This document shows positions 9,901 through 19,100 of a stretch of 64,000 bases of DNA, one piece after another. The position numbers and the translations under genes were made by a program. Source of the DNA: a virus (lineage: Duplodnaviria > Heunggongvirae > Uroviricota > Caudoviricetes). The notes below the pieces were generated by a model, which had not been told where the DNA came from, made no database searches, and was given only the letters and a program-made list of their open reading frames with translations. The stretch lies in IMG/VR virus record IMGVR_UViG_3300038393_000804, positions 19,598-83,597 of that record; one strand, given 5' to 3'. The first letter of the stretch is position 1; every line of letters starts with the position of its first letter.

Positions 9901-11560
9901 TATGGAATAGAGAACGAATAATACCAGAGTTTGATACAATCATTGTCCCCTTTTCAAAAGGAGTTCCTGCCCTTACATTGCTGACCATGACAGATGCATT
10001 CTTATTAGAATACTGAATGATGTTTGTCCAGTTAGTAGATGCTTCGCCAGAACCGAATGTAATCATTGGATTAACAGCAATGGTCTTGTATGTTCCGTCA
10101 CCTTGAAGCTCTTGTCTTGAATAGCCAAGGTCAATTTGCGTCTTGTTGCCCATTACGTAGTAACGGTTTAGGATGTCCTTCCCAAGTTGTGTTGTGATGT
10201 CTGGAGCTTTAAATCCAGTTGACTCTGTTGTACCAGAGAATCCAACTGTTGTTAAGAATGTTTCTGTACTACCAGATTTGAAGGTAAGGACTTTTCCTAC
10301 TTCACCCGCATTATCAATCCATATCTTGCCGCCATTGTTCATATAGTTACGAATGGCATCATTGTACGGAGACATATCAAAGTATCCATATCCAGTGATG
10401 ATGATTAAATCATAGTCATTCCATTCGTCTCTTGGCATTTCAATGTCTGCCACCCAGTAACGTGGATTGGATTTCAGATAGCTTCTTACTTCAGGATGTG
10501 GATTAGCAAACTCTAGGTAAGCTGGCTTTGCACTATCTTCGTATATCTTCTTCAGTGAGCCTGTCAAATCTTCTACGTTAATGATGCTATTGTTTAAGAA
10601 GATGATTCCGATATTTACATTGCCTGGATTAGTGCCAGAGAAACGAGTACTCATGTTGCTCTTCACACGATACTTGAATTGCTGTGCGGGCCGCACTGTA
10701 TTGTCTGCAATCAAGACTTGAGCTGGAGAGTAAACCTGATAGTTGTTGTCATCTGTTTCTACAACGCAATAAGCTCTAACATCTAGATTATTTGCTCCTT
10801 GTGTGAGGATATCAAAGTCTGCTTCACTGATTTCATCAAAGACAGGAGAGGGATTCAGAATCTCTGTGTAGTCGGATACGTGTGTGCCATCCGTATTATA
10901 CTTCTCATAGTGGAGAAGGAAAGATTCGCTATCGCTCTCATGGAAGTTTGAGTAGACATAAATATTGTAAGCATTCTCTGGGAGTCCCGTTCCCTGTGCC
11001 TGTATCAATTGAATCTTATATTTGTAAGCCGTATTGATAGGAGTACCATCTAGATTGGTTACCCTTATCTTTGTTCCAAGATAGAGGAGGTCATCAATTT
11101 CCTCTGGGTCTACTTGAGCATAGTCTACAACATTATCAGCAGGGTCTTCACTATATCCGCCAATGTATGGAGTTACCAATGCTCCCTTTGCATCAAAGTA
11201 GCCGCTTGCTTTTGCTTCATAATAGAGAGGAGCTGGCTCATCTTGCGAACTGACTGGGACGGAGAACTCATCCGTCACCAGCACTTTCTTACTAGGAAGC
11301 TTTGAATCACCAGACAGTTCACGCAGTAAATACTGGTCATCTGGGTACATTGTTTTTTCTGCTTGATAAGTCGATGGCAGACCATTTTCTTTTATGTTTG
11401 CAGACAGGTCATTGATGAGCAGGTTTCTCACTGGACTCATCTCTGGTGTAGAAACATAGGCGAGGTTCGCACTGTTTTGTGGAAGTGTTTTCCCAATCCG
11501 TATCGAGTAGCCCTTGTCAGCGCCATCTTTCATTATTCGGTCATTATGAGCTTTTGCCAC
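6992..11560 (-). CDS. Large baseplate or virion structural protein (1522 aa) with a GATase-like/DUF4159-like domain and a CBM4/9-like domain
   Basis: GTG start with SD AAGGGGTGA. YDLIIITGYG...IRNYMNNGGKIWIDN, and INNGSMEAG...GSYMATAWIKVE...DWVRVDCNF...VDMLTV, a galactose-binding-like sandwich pattern. Confidence 0.65.
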   Translation of the reverse strand: MAKAHNDRIMKDGADKGYSIRIGKTLPQNSANLAYVSTPEMSPVRNLLINDLSANIKENGLPSTYQAEKTMYPDDQYLLRELSGDSKLPSKKVLVTDEFSVPVSSQDEPAPLYYEAKASGYFDAKGALVTPYIGGYSEDPADNVVDYAQVDPEEIDDLLYLGTKIRVTNLDGTPINTAYKYKIQLIQAQGTGLPENAYNIYVYSNFHESDSESFLLHYEKYNTDGTHVSDYTEILNPSPVFDEISEADFDILTQGANNLDVRAYCVVETDDNNYQVYSPAQVLIADNTVRPAQQFKYRVKSNMSTRFSGTNPGNVNIGIIFLNNSIINVEDLTGSLKKIYEDSAKPAYLEFANPHPEVRSYLKSNPRYWVADIEMPRDEWNDYDLIIITGYGYFDMSPYNDAIRNYMNNGGKIWIDNAGEVGKVLTFKSGSTETFLTTVGFSGTTESTGFKAPDITTQLGKDILNRYYVMGNKTQIDLGYSRQELQGDGTYKTIAVNPMITFGSGEASTNWTNIIQYSNKNASVMVSNVRAGTPFEKGTMIVSNSGIIRSLFHNDDTAVQFAINLILYMAENRWIYGPWQQDYVYHRDNLFKQEYSGVGGSTVYVDERNDYDQTQIVAKKILKGTTKSALLPYLPAEFFAASGAYEVEVQSNTDVPINNGSMEAGSYNPNTRSAITSWTATTANAIPGWDTKFLAGQTPTFRHVTSTSQRGAKAVQVDVPTGGIGAQAYWNNRTGTLLPGSYMATAWIKVESVAGKTTQGAMVAAYDTSGTVIAKSAPVIGTRDWVRVDCNFSLSTAKQVDLRVGFVDGNGEGVVTVDMLTVVSVGSIYMTPANDGSSALYAFAVTPRGDSFNLQAEGYSDSDVTTYDPIINVTYTIRSYVYAWDNNAGIYMKLNGNTAVRTVSIRRSDGVVNLGSLSTMLPALNAGIEWADTNDIYYEVYLGGPDGIDPDSQFVNLEIHDTKAGKYYFDRNGNVVIRYMDLFYGGENKNILLQARTNYYTIRAAKRRYGVLVQPENKISLAYPSTIDNRDSWFLRVQNGSFVKKELNYDDIKALIAYDNYYYEFQQRLFGTHYYSLPEYNRQVFKPAMGYKRVREEMAEYVNDNTVKVQNHPLYVMTGSSRQEPMSKVGTAGLIYKPQTVTSEWDKSFIPRVYVDEQMDGNLVERLEGFDVDYTNGLVIFESAPVGTVFVDYDYNNLQVWKRTYNNILVTGEQMKSTDKKTFASAHQNWLAFPTPVIKIVPYDGSEEKIAPVTSYTIDYSSGSVTFKEDVSDRVIVQYMYSTDELLKIRDYDIRNGFIYLEDEIDFKHEIYVNYYYAENYLEYRGYFDDSIGTFIGLDLNPSEGHYSTMPVVRTDGDTGETFTSWESVPTAKLMNKEVYVYIVPHKDSFGNYNEDCVRHCYSLEDWQNVQKTNPAAMLLGIIHLREHTRVQDAVVMDTRQRGGGLKTSIKESTIKKVQPLSKNYWDMGTWDGQAYYKNGVLIIELPKKILQSEGGQFTEKQVTSIVGKYIAYGIYFIVDFV

Positions 11561-11573
11561 GATTCATCACCCC

Positions 11574-14381
11574 TTAGTTGTTCTTGTCCCAATTTAATAC
11601 ATCAGTGTATTTGTTGGTTAATGTCGTTGTCAGTCTGTTATTTGTCAGCCATGCTACTTCGTCCATATTAATGACTCCATCACCATTGAAATCAAGAAGG
11701 TCTCCTAGTCCACTTGGCAATGCAGTTTTCGGTTGCCCCATATAATCAATAATGAATTCTAATAAATAAGCAATCATCTTATCATAGTTGATTTCAATTG
11801 CTGACTTCTGAAGTTGGCTTGCTGAATAGCTGACTGGTATTTTAATCGTTACATTAGAACTTTCGCTAATGTATTTACGTGCATTTGCAATGAGTACGTC
11901 GCTTGATGATTTATCTACCGACTCCGTATTAGCACCATACTTTGCATTTACCTTTGCAATCATGTCATCCGTATAAGCAATATCTTGAATGGTTGCTCCA
12001 TACTTAGCAGCAATCTTCTCGATGGTGTCACCAGTCTGAAGAGTATAATCCATTGTTTCAAGTGTCTTTAGTGTAATTGGAATCTGTACACCAAGACCCG
12101 TTTCGCTATCCATAATGTTGATATGGTCTTCTACTTCCACGGCATTCACATCAGACATCTCGATGATTGGCGGACGATACTGATACAGGAATCTTCCTGC
12201 TCTTTCACGAATCTTAACGCTATCTTCATCATAGGTTGGAAGAATCGTTCCAAGCTCACATGAAACAGTCAGCTTACAATGGCTGATATAGTTTCCGTTG
12301 GAATCCAGCGGCTCTGCTACAATCAATGCTTGAGTTCCACCATTAGCTGGTAGATTGTCTGGTGTCGCACGAACTCTGAAAGAAGATACGCTTTCCACAT
12401 TCTGAGTGATGTATAGGAACCCTTCATGGTTTGGATTTAATAATGGATTCAATTCAATCATCGTTGCAAGCTTCTGGTTTGAAAAGCGATTGCCTTCATA
12501 CGTAACCGTCACTGGTTCTCCATCGTATTTTCCAAGAGTGACACGGAAAGAATCAGGAACACCAATATTGAAATCAACCGTATAAGATTCTTCTAGCTGG
12601 TAACTTACCGTCATGGTTTGCCCATCTAATACATCTTTTTGGTCATCCGTCAATGTCATGTGGACTTTCTTTCCATCAAGAGTTAACGGGTCGCCCCACA
12701 TAACTCCCTCTTCATCTGTTACGCTGATTGTAAATGTTTCCTTATCAATATCATCTGCATGGTAAGAGATAGGCAAATAATCATAAGCTTTGTCATACAT
12801 AACAGGCTCTTGGTTAAATGTTCTGTATTCTCCAGTAGTCCAGTCAAAGAAGGAAACCTTTCTCATGACGCTACCATTCTGTTTTGTAACGATAACAGGA
12901 GAACCATAGTTTGGAGCAAGCGTTGCCTCAATAATAGACTTATTGAAGTTGGCAATCGCATGGTTGAAACTTGCATGAAGAATAACAGAATCGTTATCTG
13001 CAATCGGGTCTGTTGTATCAGCCAGTGCTACTGCTTCATCGTCTGACAAAACTTCTGAATAGATAACCGTTTCATCAATAACACCATTGAACATACGGTA
13101 GCTTGCATTCTGGCTCCATCCGATACGGATAACATTGGAGCTGCCAAGCGTACTATAAACGCCTTGTGCCGATGTATAAGATGTGCCAATCCACAATTGG
13201 ATTTCATCTTCATCCCACGTAGCTACGGCATTGTACCAAGTGTCTTTCACTAGATTCATGGTAATTCCAATAGAGTTATAGCTTCCATATTTAAAACGCA
13301 TAGAACCACTTGGGCTATAGTAAAGCAGAAGCGGCTGGGTGTCACCATATTCAAATAGGATAGTGTTGTATGCAGTGTTTGCATCATAATCCAAATCAGG
13401 TTTGAACCACATAGCCAGTGAGCCTTTATATGGAAGAATATTATCCTTAGATGGATAAGTAATAATAGAACTGTCACGAACTGCTGGTACTGACAAGCTC
13501 ATGTTGTGGATATAATCTGTCGCAAATCCTTTGTCTTCAAGCTGGACGTTGTTGACCTTTACCGTCTCATTATTCGCCATGAAGCGAATTTCTACCGTTG
13601 CGCAGTCAGCACTTAATGTCTGCGTAAAAGATGCCTCTGTCCAATCCGATTGCAAGCCCATCTGCTGGCTATAGACTTGTGGAGATGCTCCGTCCCGTTC
13701 GAATATCGTAACCGTACAAGAACCAATATAATTGAAGGAAAGAGTATGGGCCTTACCTCCAACCACCGTTAATGTCTGCCCTGCATAAAGGTCAGTTGTT
13801 GTTGGGTTGTTCAAGTACAGATATTTATCTTCATTATCTAGCTCCTGAATATCTGCTATGCCGCCTGGAACAGTATCTATATTAGTAAACCATCCATCTG
13901 CGAAGTTGGAATCTACTGAAAGGTTCTTACAGCTATTGCCCGCTGTTGAATATATGCCAACGCTTCCCCTAATCATATTAGGATATTCAATATTAAAAAT
14001 GACAACATCATTTAAGTAGATACGATAGTTTGTTCCTTTGATAATAACCTTGAATGCATAATCCTGCCCCACATCCAATGGGTCAAGCTTCTTGCTATCA
14101 AGATGGAATGTTTCATATGTTTCTTGCACATTTAGATTTGCATATGCAACGATTTGTCCAGTGTCCATATCTTCTTCATTATAGATAGATAGGAACATAT
14201 AGAAGTTTGTTGCATAGACACGCGGAGCAATTCCAATGTTTCCGCCGTTAAAAGTCAATGTTGTATTAAACGTTATGTCTTGCCAATTACCGTCCCCAAC
14301 AACATAGTAGCCTTCTGAATCAAACACGAGGGCTTCATTCTGTGTGTCTACATGTGTTGATGCTACTATATAATCCGACAT
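11574..14381 (-). CDS. Multi-domain baseplate or adhesion protein: lectin-like (DUF1080-like), CBM-like, LamG/ConA-like, LysM and a C-terminal EF-hand loop
   Basis: The start is more likely the ATG at 14381 (AAGGAGG-N7-ATG) than the GTG at 14426 in the track. LamG pattern GSLAMWFKP...WYNAVATWD...FNGVIDETVIYSEVLS; LysM YTLQTGDTIEKIAAKYG; loop DFNGDGVINMDE. Confidence 0.75.
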   Translation of the reverse strand: MSDYIVASTHVDTQNEALVFDSEGYYVVGDGNWQDITFNTTLTFNGGNIGIAPRVYATNFYMFLSIYNEEDMDTGQIVAYANLNVQETYETFHLDSKKLDPLDVGQDYAFKVIIKGTNYRIYLNDVVIFNIEYPNMIRGSVGIYSTAGNSCKNLSVDSNFADGWFTNIDTVPGGIADIQELDNEDKYLYLNNPTTTDLYAGQTLTVVGGKAHTLSFNYIGSCTVTIFERDGASPQVYSQQMGLQSDWTEASFTQTLSADCATVEIRFMANNETVKVNNVQLEDKGFATDYIHNMSLSVPAVRDSSIITYPSKDNILPYKGSLAMWFKPDLDYDANTAYNTILFEYGDTQPLLLYYSPSGSMRFKYGSYNSIGITMNLVKDTWYNAVATWDEDEIQLWIGTSYTSAQGVYSTLGSSNVIRIGWSQNASYRMFNGVIDETVIYSEVLSDDEAVALADTTDPIADNDSVILHASFNHAIANFNKSIIEATLAPNYGSPVIVTKQNGSVMRKVSFFDWTTGEYRTFNQEPVMYDKAYDYLPISYHADDIDKETFTISVTDEEGVMWGDPLTLDGKKVHMTLTDDQKDVLDGQTMTVSYQLEESYTVDFNIGVPDSFRVTLGKYDGEPVTVTYEGNRFSNQKLATMIELNPLLNPNHEGFLYITQNVESVSSFRVRATPDNLPANGGTQALIVAEPLDSNGNYISHCKLTVSCELGTILPTYDEDSVKIRERAGRFLYQYRPPIIEMSDVNAVEVEDHINIMDSETGLGVQIPITLKTLETMDYTLQTGDTIEKIAAKYGATIQDIAYTDDMIAKVNAKYGANTESVDKSSSDVLIANARKYISESSNVTIKIPVSYSASQLQKSAIEINYDKMIAYLLEFIIDYMGQPKTALPSGLGDLLDFNGDGVINMDEVAWLTNNRLTTTLTNKYTDVLNWDKNN

Positions 14382-14413
14382 CTTCCATCCTCCTTTTTTG
14401 AGATGCTCTCCAT

Positions 14414-14427
14414 CATTTGTAACCACT
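14414..14427 (-). promoter_or_regulatory. Candidate phage promoter motif AGTGGTTACAAATG
   Basis: Lies between a terminator and the next SD; 12/14 identical to the motif at 16115-16128 in the same context. Confidence 0.4.
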
Positions 14428-14451
14428 ATCTCTCATAAAAGCAATACAATA

Positions 14452-14480
14452 GAAAAAGAAAAACCACCCCGAAGGGTGGC
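14452..14480 (-). terminator. Intrinsic terminator
   Basis: CCACCC-TTCG-GGGTGG followed by TTTTTCTTTTT on the minus strand. Confidence 0.9.
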
Positions 14481-14491
14481 TTCCATAACCA

Positions 14492-14686
14492 TTAAGGAGT
14501 GACTTCATTCAATGATAAGTCATAATACTTTCCTACTTCAATGCCAGACGCATCTTCAATTATAAAGGAAATGTTTCCGCCTGCTGCAATAGCAGGGTCA
14601 TTGCTTTGGAAAAGAAGATTCACATAGAAACCTGCATCTTCTTCTTGAGGAACGATTTCGATACATAGTAAGCTTAGCTTGTTCAT
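14492..14686 (-). CDS. Small acidic protein (64 aa), possible fibre assembly chaperone
   Basis: SD GAGGTGA; sits directly after a fibre-like gene and before a terminator. Confidence 0.55.
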   Translation of the reverse strand: MNKLSLLCIEIVPQEEDAGFYVNLLFQSNDPAIAAGGNISFIIEDASGIEVGKYYDLSLNEVTP

Positions 14687-14706
14687 CTCATCACCTCATC
14701 TAAGTA

Positions 14707-16086
14707 TTATGGAGCTTGATATCCTTGAACATTGATGTACACGTTTGCTCCAGTTGTTACAGCGTTCACGTTTAAAGCAGTAGCAGCTGTACCTCTTAGA
14801 GGCTGGTCAAACGTAATGTTAACTGGCATTGTCATATTAGCAGATGCATAACCTTTCCATAGCACAGTCACACCATCAAGAATCTGAATCTCAGTTGCAG
14901 TTGCATTAGTGTTCTGGAATTGGAAACCATTTACATAGTTACGAATACCAGCCGCACCAGCAGCCTTAGCAGCCGTAGCCGTAGTTGTCGTTTGAACACC
15001 AGCATAAGACCAAGATGCTTCTGGGATACAGTGCTCTCTTACTACTAATGCACCATGCATTGTTGAGTAAAGGTTTGTCACGTCACCAGTAGCAGAAACA
15101 GCTGTTGGCATTACGTTAATTGCACGTCCACCAATTGTTACTGGGTTGTTGGCTGTTGCAGCATCATGTGCTTGAGAGCCAGCAGCAATTGCTGTCATAG
15201 AACCACCAACACCGTATACTGCCATACCTTGACCAGCGGAGATGTTTCCACGACCTGCTGTAACTTCAGCTGTTAATTCTGCATAGTCATTTACGTTCAC
15301 AAATTGGAAGTTAACAGTTGTAGCAGAAGCAGGAGCAGTTGTTCCGTTCTTGATACGAAGACGAACTTTGTAAGTCGCATTCGGATTAGGAATGTTTTGG
15401 TGACGAACGTTAGAGTAAGAGCGTCCGTTAGCAGAGTCCATTACCTTTGTGTGGAACCATAACTCGTCAGTGTAAGGTTCGATTTCAAATAGAGCATAAA
15501 CGCCTGCACCTGTTTGAGCCGCACCTGTACTTACAGCAGATGAATTCAGCATTGGAATTCCCATTGCTTGAGTCTGATAAACAGCATACGTATTCGTTGT
15601 GCTGTCTGTACCAGATACTTTCCAAGCTGCTACGTTTGGTGTTACCGTATCAACTGCACCTGTAACTGGGTCAACCGATACTAGCTCCATGTAGATTTCG
15701 TTCTGAGCAATCTTTTGCGAAAGGTTTAAAGCAAACATTGCTTTCACAGGAATTGTAAATGTTTCCTTAGACATAAGGATTGTTTCAGCACTTACTGTTG
15801 TACCCATAGCAACAGATAGAATACCGCCTGCTACAGTAACAGTTTGGCCTGCACCTGTTTGAACAAGGTCCCACATGGTAGTGTTCAGAGATGTTCCAGA
15901 GAAATCAGCTTTCCATTTCTTCTGGTTTGTTTTCACTCTGTACATGTCATCAGCTTTATCGTAACCCACACCGCCTGTAGCATAGACAGGAGTTGTCCAT
16001 TCCACGTTAGCTGTCTGGTCTATCGGTAATGCAGTAGTCTTTTGACCAACCGAATCTTTTGGTAACTCTTTTACAAATTGAGTCAT
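14707..16086 (-). CDS. Fibre or receptor-binding-like protein (459 aa) with a lectin-like core and an Ala/Thr-rich C-terminal domain
   Basis: SD AAGGAGGAG; beta-rich sequence; C-terminal AAGAAGIRNYVNGFQFQN...NVYINVQGY pattern typical of phage appendage proteins. Confidence 0.55.
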   Translation of the reverse strand: MTQFVKELPKDSVGQKTTALPIDQTANVEWTTPVYATGGVGYDKADDMYRVKTNQKKWKADFSGTSLNTTMWDLVQTGAGQTVTVAGGILSVAMGTTVSAETILMSKETFTIPVKAMFALNLSQKIAQNEIYMELVSVDPVTGAVDTVTPNVAAWKVSGTDSTTNTYAVYQTQAMGIPMLNSSAVSTGAAQTGAGVYALFEIEPYTDELWFHTKVMDSANGRSYSNVRHQNIPNPNATYKVRLRIKNGTTAPASATTVNFQFVNVNDYAELTAEVTAGRGNISAGQGMAVYGVGGSMTAIAAGSQAHDAATANNPVTIGGRAINVMPTAVSATGDVTNLYSTMHGALVVREHCIPEASWSYAGVQTTTTATAAKAAGAAGIRNYVNGFQFQNTNATATEIQILDGVTVLWKGYASANMTMPVNITFDQPLRGTAATALNVNAVTTGANVYINVQGYQAP

Positions 16087-16114
16087 TGATTCTCCTCCTT
16101 AAAATGGTATGTAA

Positions 16115-16128
16115 CATATATAACCACT
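16115..16128 (-). promoter_or_regulatory. Candidate phage promoter motif AGTGGTTATATATG
   Basis: Between the terminator at 16148-16175 and the SD of the 16086 gene; paralogous to 14414-14427. Confidence 0.4.
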
Positions 16129-16147
16129 TGATGGTCATCTGTAAATA

Positions 16148-16175
16148 GGAAAAGCGCGACATTATACAGTCGCGC
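16148..16175 (-). terminator. Intrinsic terminator overlapping the stop codon of the upstream gene
   Basis: GCGCGAC-TGTATAAT-GTCGCGC followed by TTTTCC; the TAA stop lies in the loop. Confidence 0.75.
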
Positions 16176-19100
16176 CTAGTCCTGCAACAGTGCTCGTGAA
16201 GCTCATCTTGTACACCGTTGTTGTTGTATTCGCTATATCAAAACCAGAGTTGCGGATAAGGTTCTGTGACCCTTCCTGAAGTTGAGCAGCATTCTCAAAC
16301 TTACCTGGTACGAAGTTAACGTTCTTTGCTGTCGGAACTTCTTCTTCAGTCGGCTGAATGACAATCGGTTCGCTGAACAAGTAGTATTCATCCTGACCAA
16401 GATAATAGTATCCTGTTTGGACAGTTGGGAACCAGTTATCTTTTGGTACTCTATCTTGCAGTGAACCAACGATAACCCACTGGCCCTTACGTTGTTCTGC
16501 CCATGTCTTTACCCAAAGGTCATTATCTTCAATGACATACTTCAAGTCTTCTATACTATTATCAGGAAGTCCTTGCCACTCACTGAAGTCTGGTAGGTCA
16601 GCTACATAGTCAACGCCTGGGTAGCACATTCCTTTGAATTCCTTTACCTCAGGAGAACGCCAGATACGGTCTACGCCGCCCTCTTCATAATAAAGAGTAG
16701 ACATGTCAACAGTAATAGTCTTTGGTTGCTTATGCTGATAAACAACGTTATAGACTGTTCCAGCAGCTGGTTCTTGTCCGCCCGTTACATTCCAGTCAAT
16801 GTAATTCCCATTGAGTGTGAAGTCTCCAATATGCAAAGTACTGTCATACTCATTGTAAGTAGTCATTCCATCATCTGTTTCGATAGAAGTAATACCTGTT
16901 ACCATTGGACTTGGAATCAAATCTTTTCCGTTGGCAATATCGCCACGAACAATTTGAGCAGTAGATTCCACTACTTCATAGTCAACAACTAATGGAGCTG
17001 ATATAATGATGTCTTCTGGAAGAATCTTTCCATCCTTCTTCTTCACGCTATTGTAAACAATAGTCACATTGAACGGCTCATCAGAAACGATTGCCATAGG
17101 GTCAATCCAAGGGAGTGAGAATGGCGGTGGAACAAGGATGACTTGACCTGGAGTTGGTTGTGAATCTGCTCCTGCATCATTCAGCCAGCGAAGGTCATCT
17201 TCATCTACGCCCTGTACCGCTGCAATACTTTTATACGTATCATTCGCAACCGCTGTATATTTAAGGTTCGTGCTTGAATCATCAGACGAAGCTGGATGCA
17301 CGCGACCATAATGCTTAGGAACATCATTCAGGTTTAGAACACCATCAAAAATCTTTTCTTCTGATACCCAATCCACGTATCCATAAATGGAACTTTGCTT
17401 TACAGATGCAACAACAGAATCACTCTCAGTAGAGCTATTGCCATCAAGCAATGAGTTGGTAGAAGACTTGCTTGTAATATCGCTGTTCGTTGACTTAAAG
17501 ACTAAGATAACATTGTCATTCAAGCTATCATTTGGAATCTTCAACCTCTGGTTCTCAAGCAATGTGCCATCCGTATTGTAGCGAATCTTAGGATTGATTG
17601 TAGTGAAGTCCTGCTCAGTCTTGCCATAGATAGTGGCAATATCATTTAGCGTATCTCCACTTTGAGTCGTGTAATACTCTTGAGGCCATCCTGCATCCAA
17701 GTGATAACGGTAGTGCAATCCTTTTGTCAAGCTTGGAGTGAAGTTGTTCGCCATCTGAATTTCTTCTGTTAATGGATACTTAACCTGTCCGCCGCCATAC
17801 TGGTATTTCTTCATTAGACCTTTCTTAGTCTTTGAATCATACACTTTGGTTTCGGCCCATACCTTATTGGTCTTGCTTGTTGTGACATTCGTTCTACTAG
17901 CTAATGACTTTTCACTATCAAAGTAAAGGGTGACATCATTCGGGCGCTTTGTGCTATCAATCAACTTGTAGGTAGGATTGTTTGTTGCCGCTGGAACGAC
18001 CCATGTATTCTGAATAGTAGTCATATCAAGAATAATATCTTTTCCCGTGTTGTGATTATCAACAGCAGAGAAGTCTTTATCTTCTACCGTATAGTCCTGT
18101 TCATAGTGCATGGACGATGTTAATTTGATAAAGTCTACAACAGGGGTTTGCTTATTCGGAGAACGAGACAAATTGATTCGAATGACGTTATCAAAATTCT
18201 TTAAAGTTGGATTTCCCTTTAGGTTGTGATTAAATGCCTTTGTCTTATCAACCTTGTGATAAGGAGTCAACACGTTGTCTTTCGTTCTGTTTATGAATGT
18301 ATAAATGATACCAGCGCCATCTTTGTCTGGTGGGAAGAAAGATTGGTCTGTCCATGAAAGCCACTCTGTTGTTGAAACATATGGAATGTTTTCAGCAGGA
18401 GCATTGACTGGAGTATCAAGCCATCCACTGTTATGCCCATCTCTTAATCTAATACGGTTAACACCCTGTTTATATGGAACCGTTACATAGTCCTTAAATC
18501 CTTGTGGGGTCAAAGATTGAGAACGTACTGTCAGGGTTGTTGTAGCAGGAACATTCTCTGTCCATACCACTTCATCTACATAAGAGAAGGAAGCACCAGC
18601 TTGCGTAGCGATATTTAACATATTAAATGTTGCCGTCCACTGTCCATTATCTGTACGGTTACTAGAATCCCCAGCCACCACTTCAATGTATTCAACTTCT
18701 GGAGTTGTTTCATTATCAGAAGAAGCCAGATAAATTTTAAATTGAATATGGTCTTTTCCTGTGTAGCTAGGTGTTGTAGCAGAAACAAGATACTCACCTG
18801 TTATTGCATTAAGTGACGTAATCGTTGTGTTCAGCTTCGTATAAGCCGCATCAGGATATGGAGTAGGCCATGATTCAGACAGTAGCCTTGCTCTTGATTC
18901 AATGGTTAAGTTCGCTGTTCTTGCTGTAAATCCTTTGAAGTTAAAGTTAGCGCCAGCAGGACTATCAGATGCCATTGTAATTGTTATCTGTTGTTTACCA
19001 AATGGAAGTCCAGATATTTTAAAAGCCGCATTTGTTGAAACGACTGTTGATTGGGTATTCAATACGTAGTTGTTTGTAATGTCTGCCACACCAGGCTGGA

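Noticed and set aside
14382-14426. GTG start at 14426 given by the ORF track
   Set aside because: The extension encodes the SD itself (KKGG); the ATG at 14381 has an optimal AAGGAGG.
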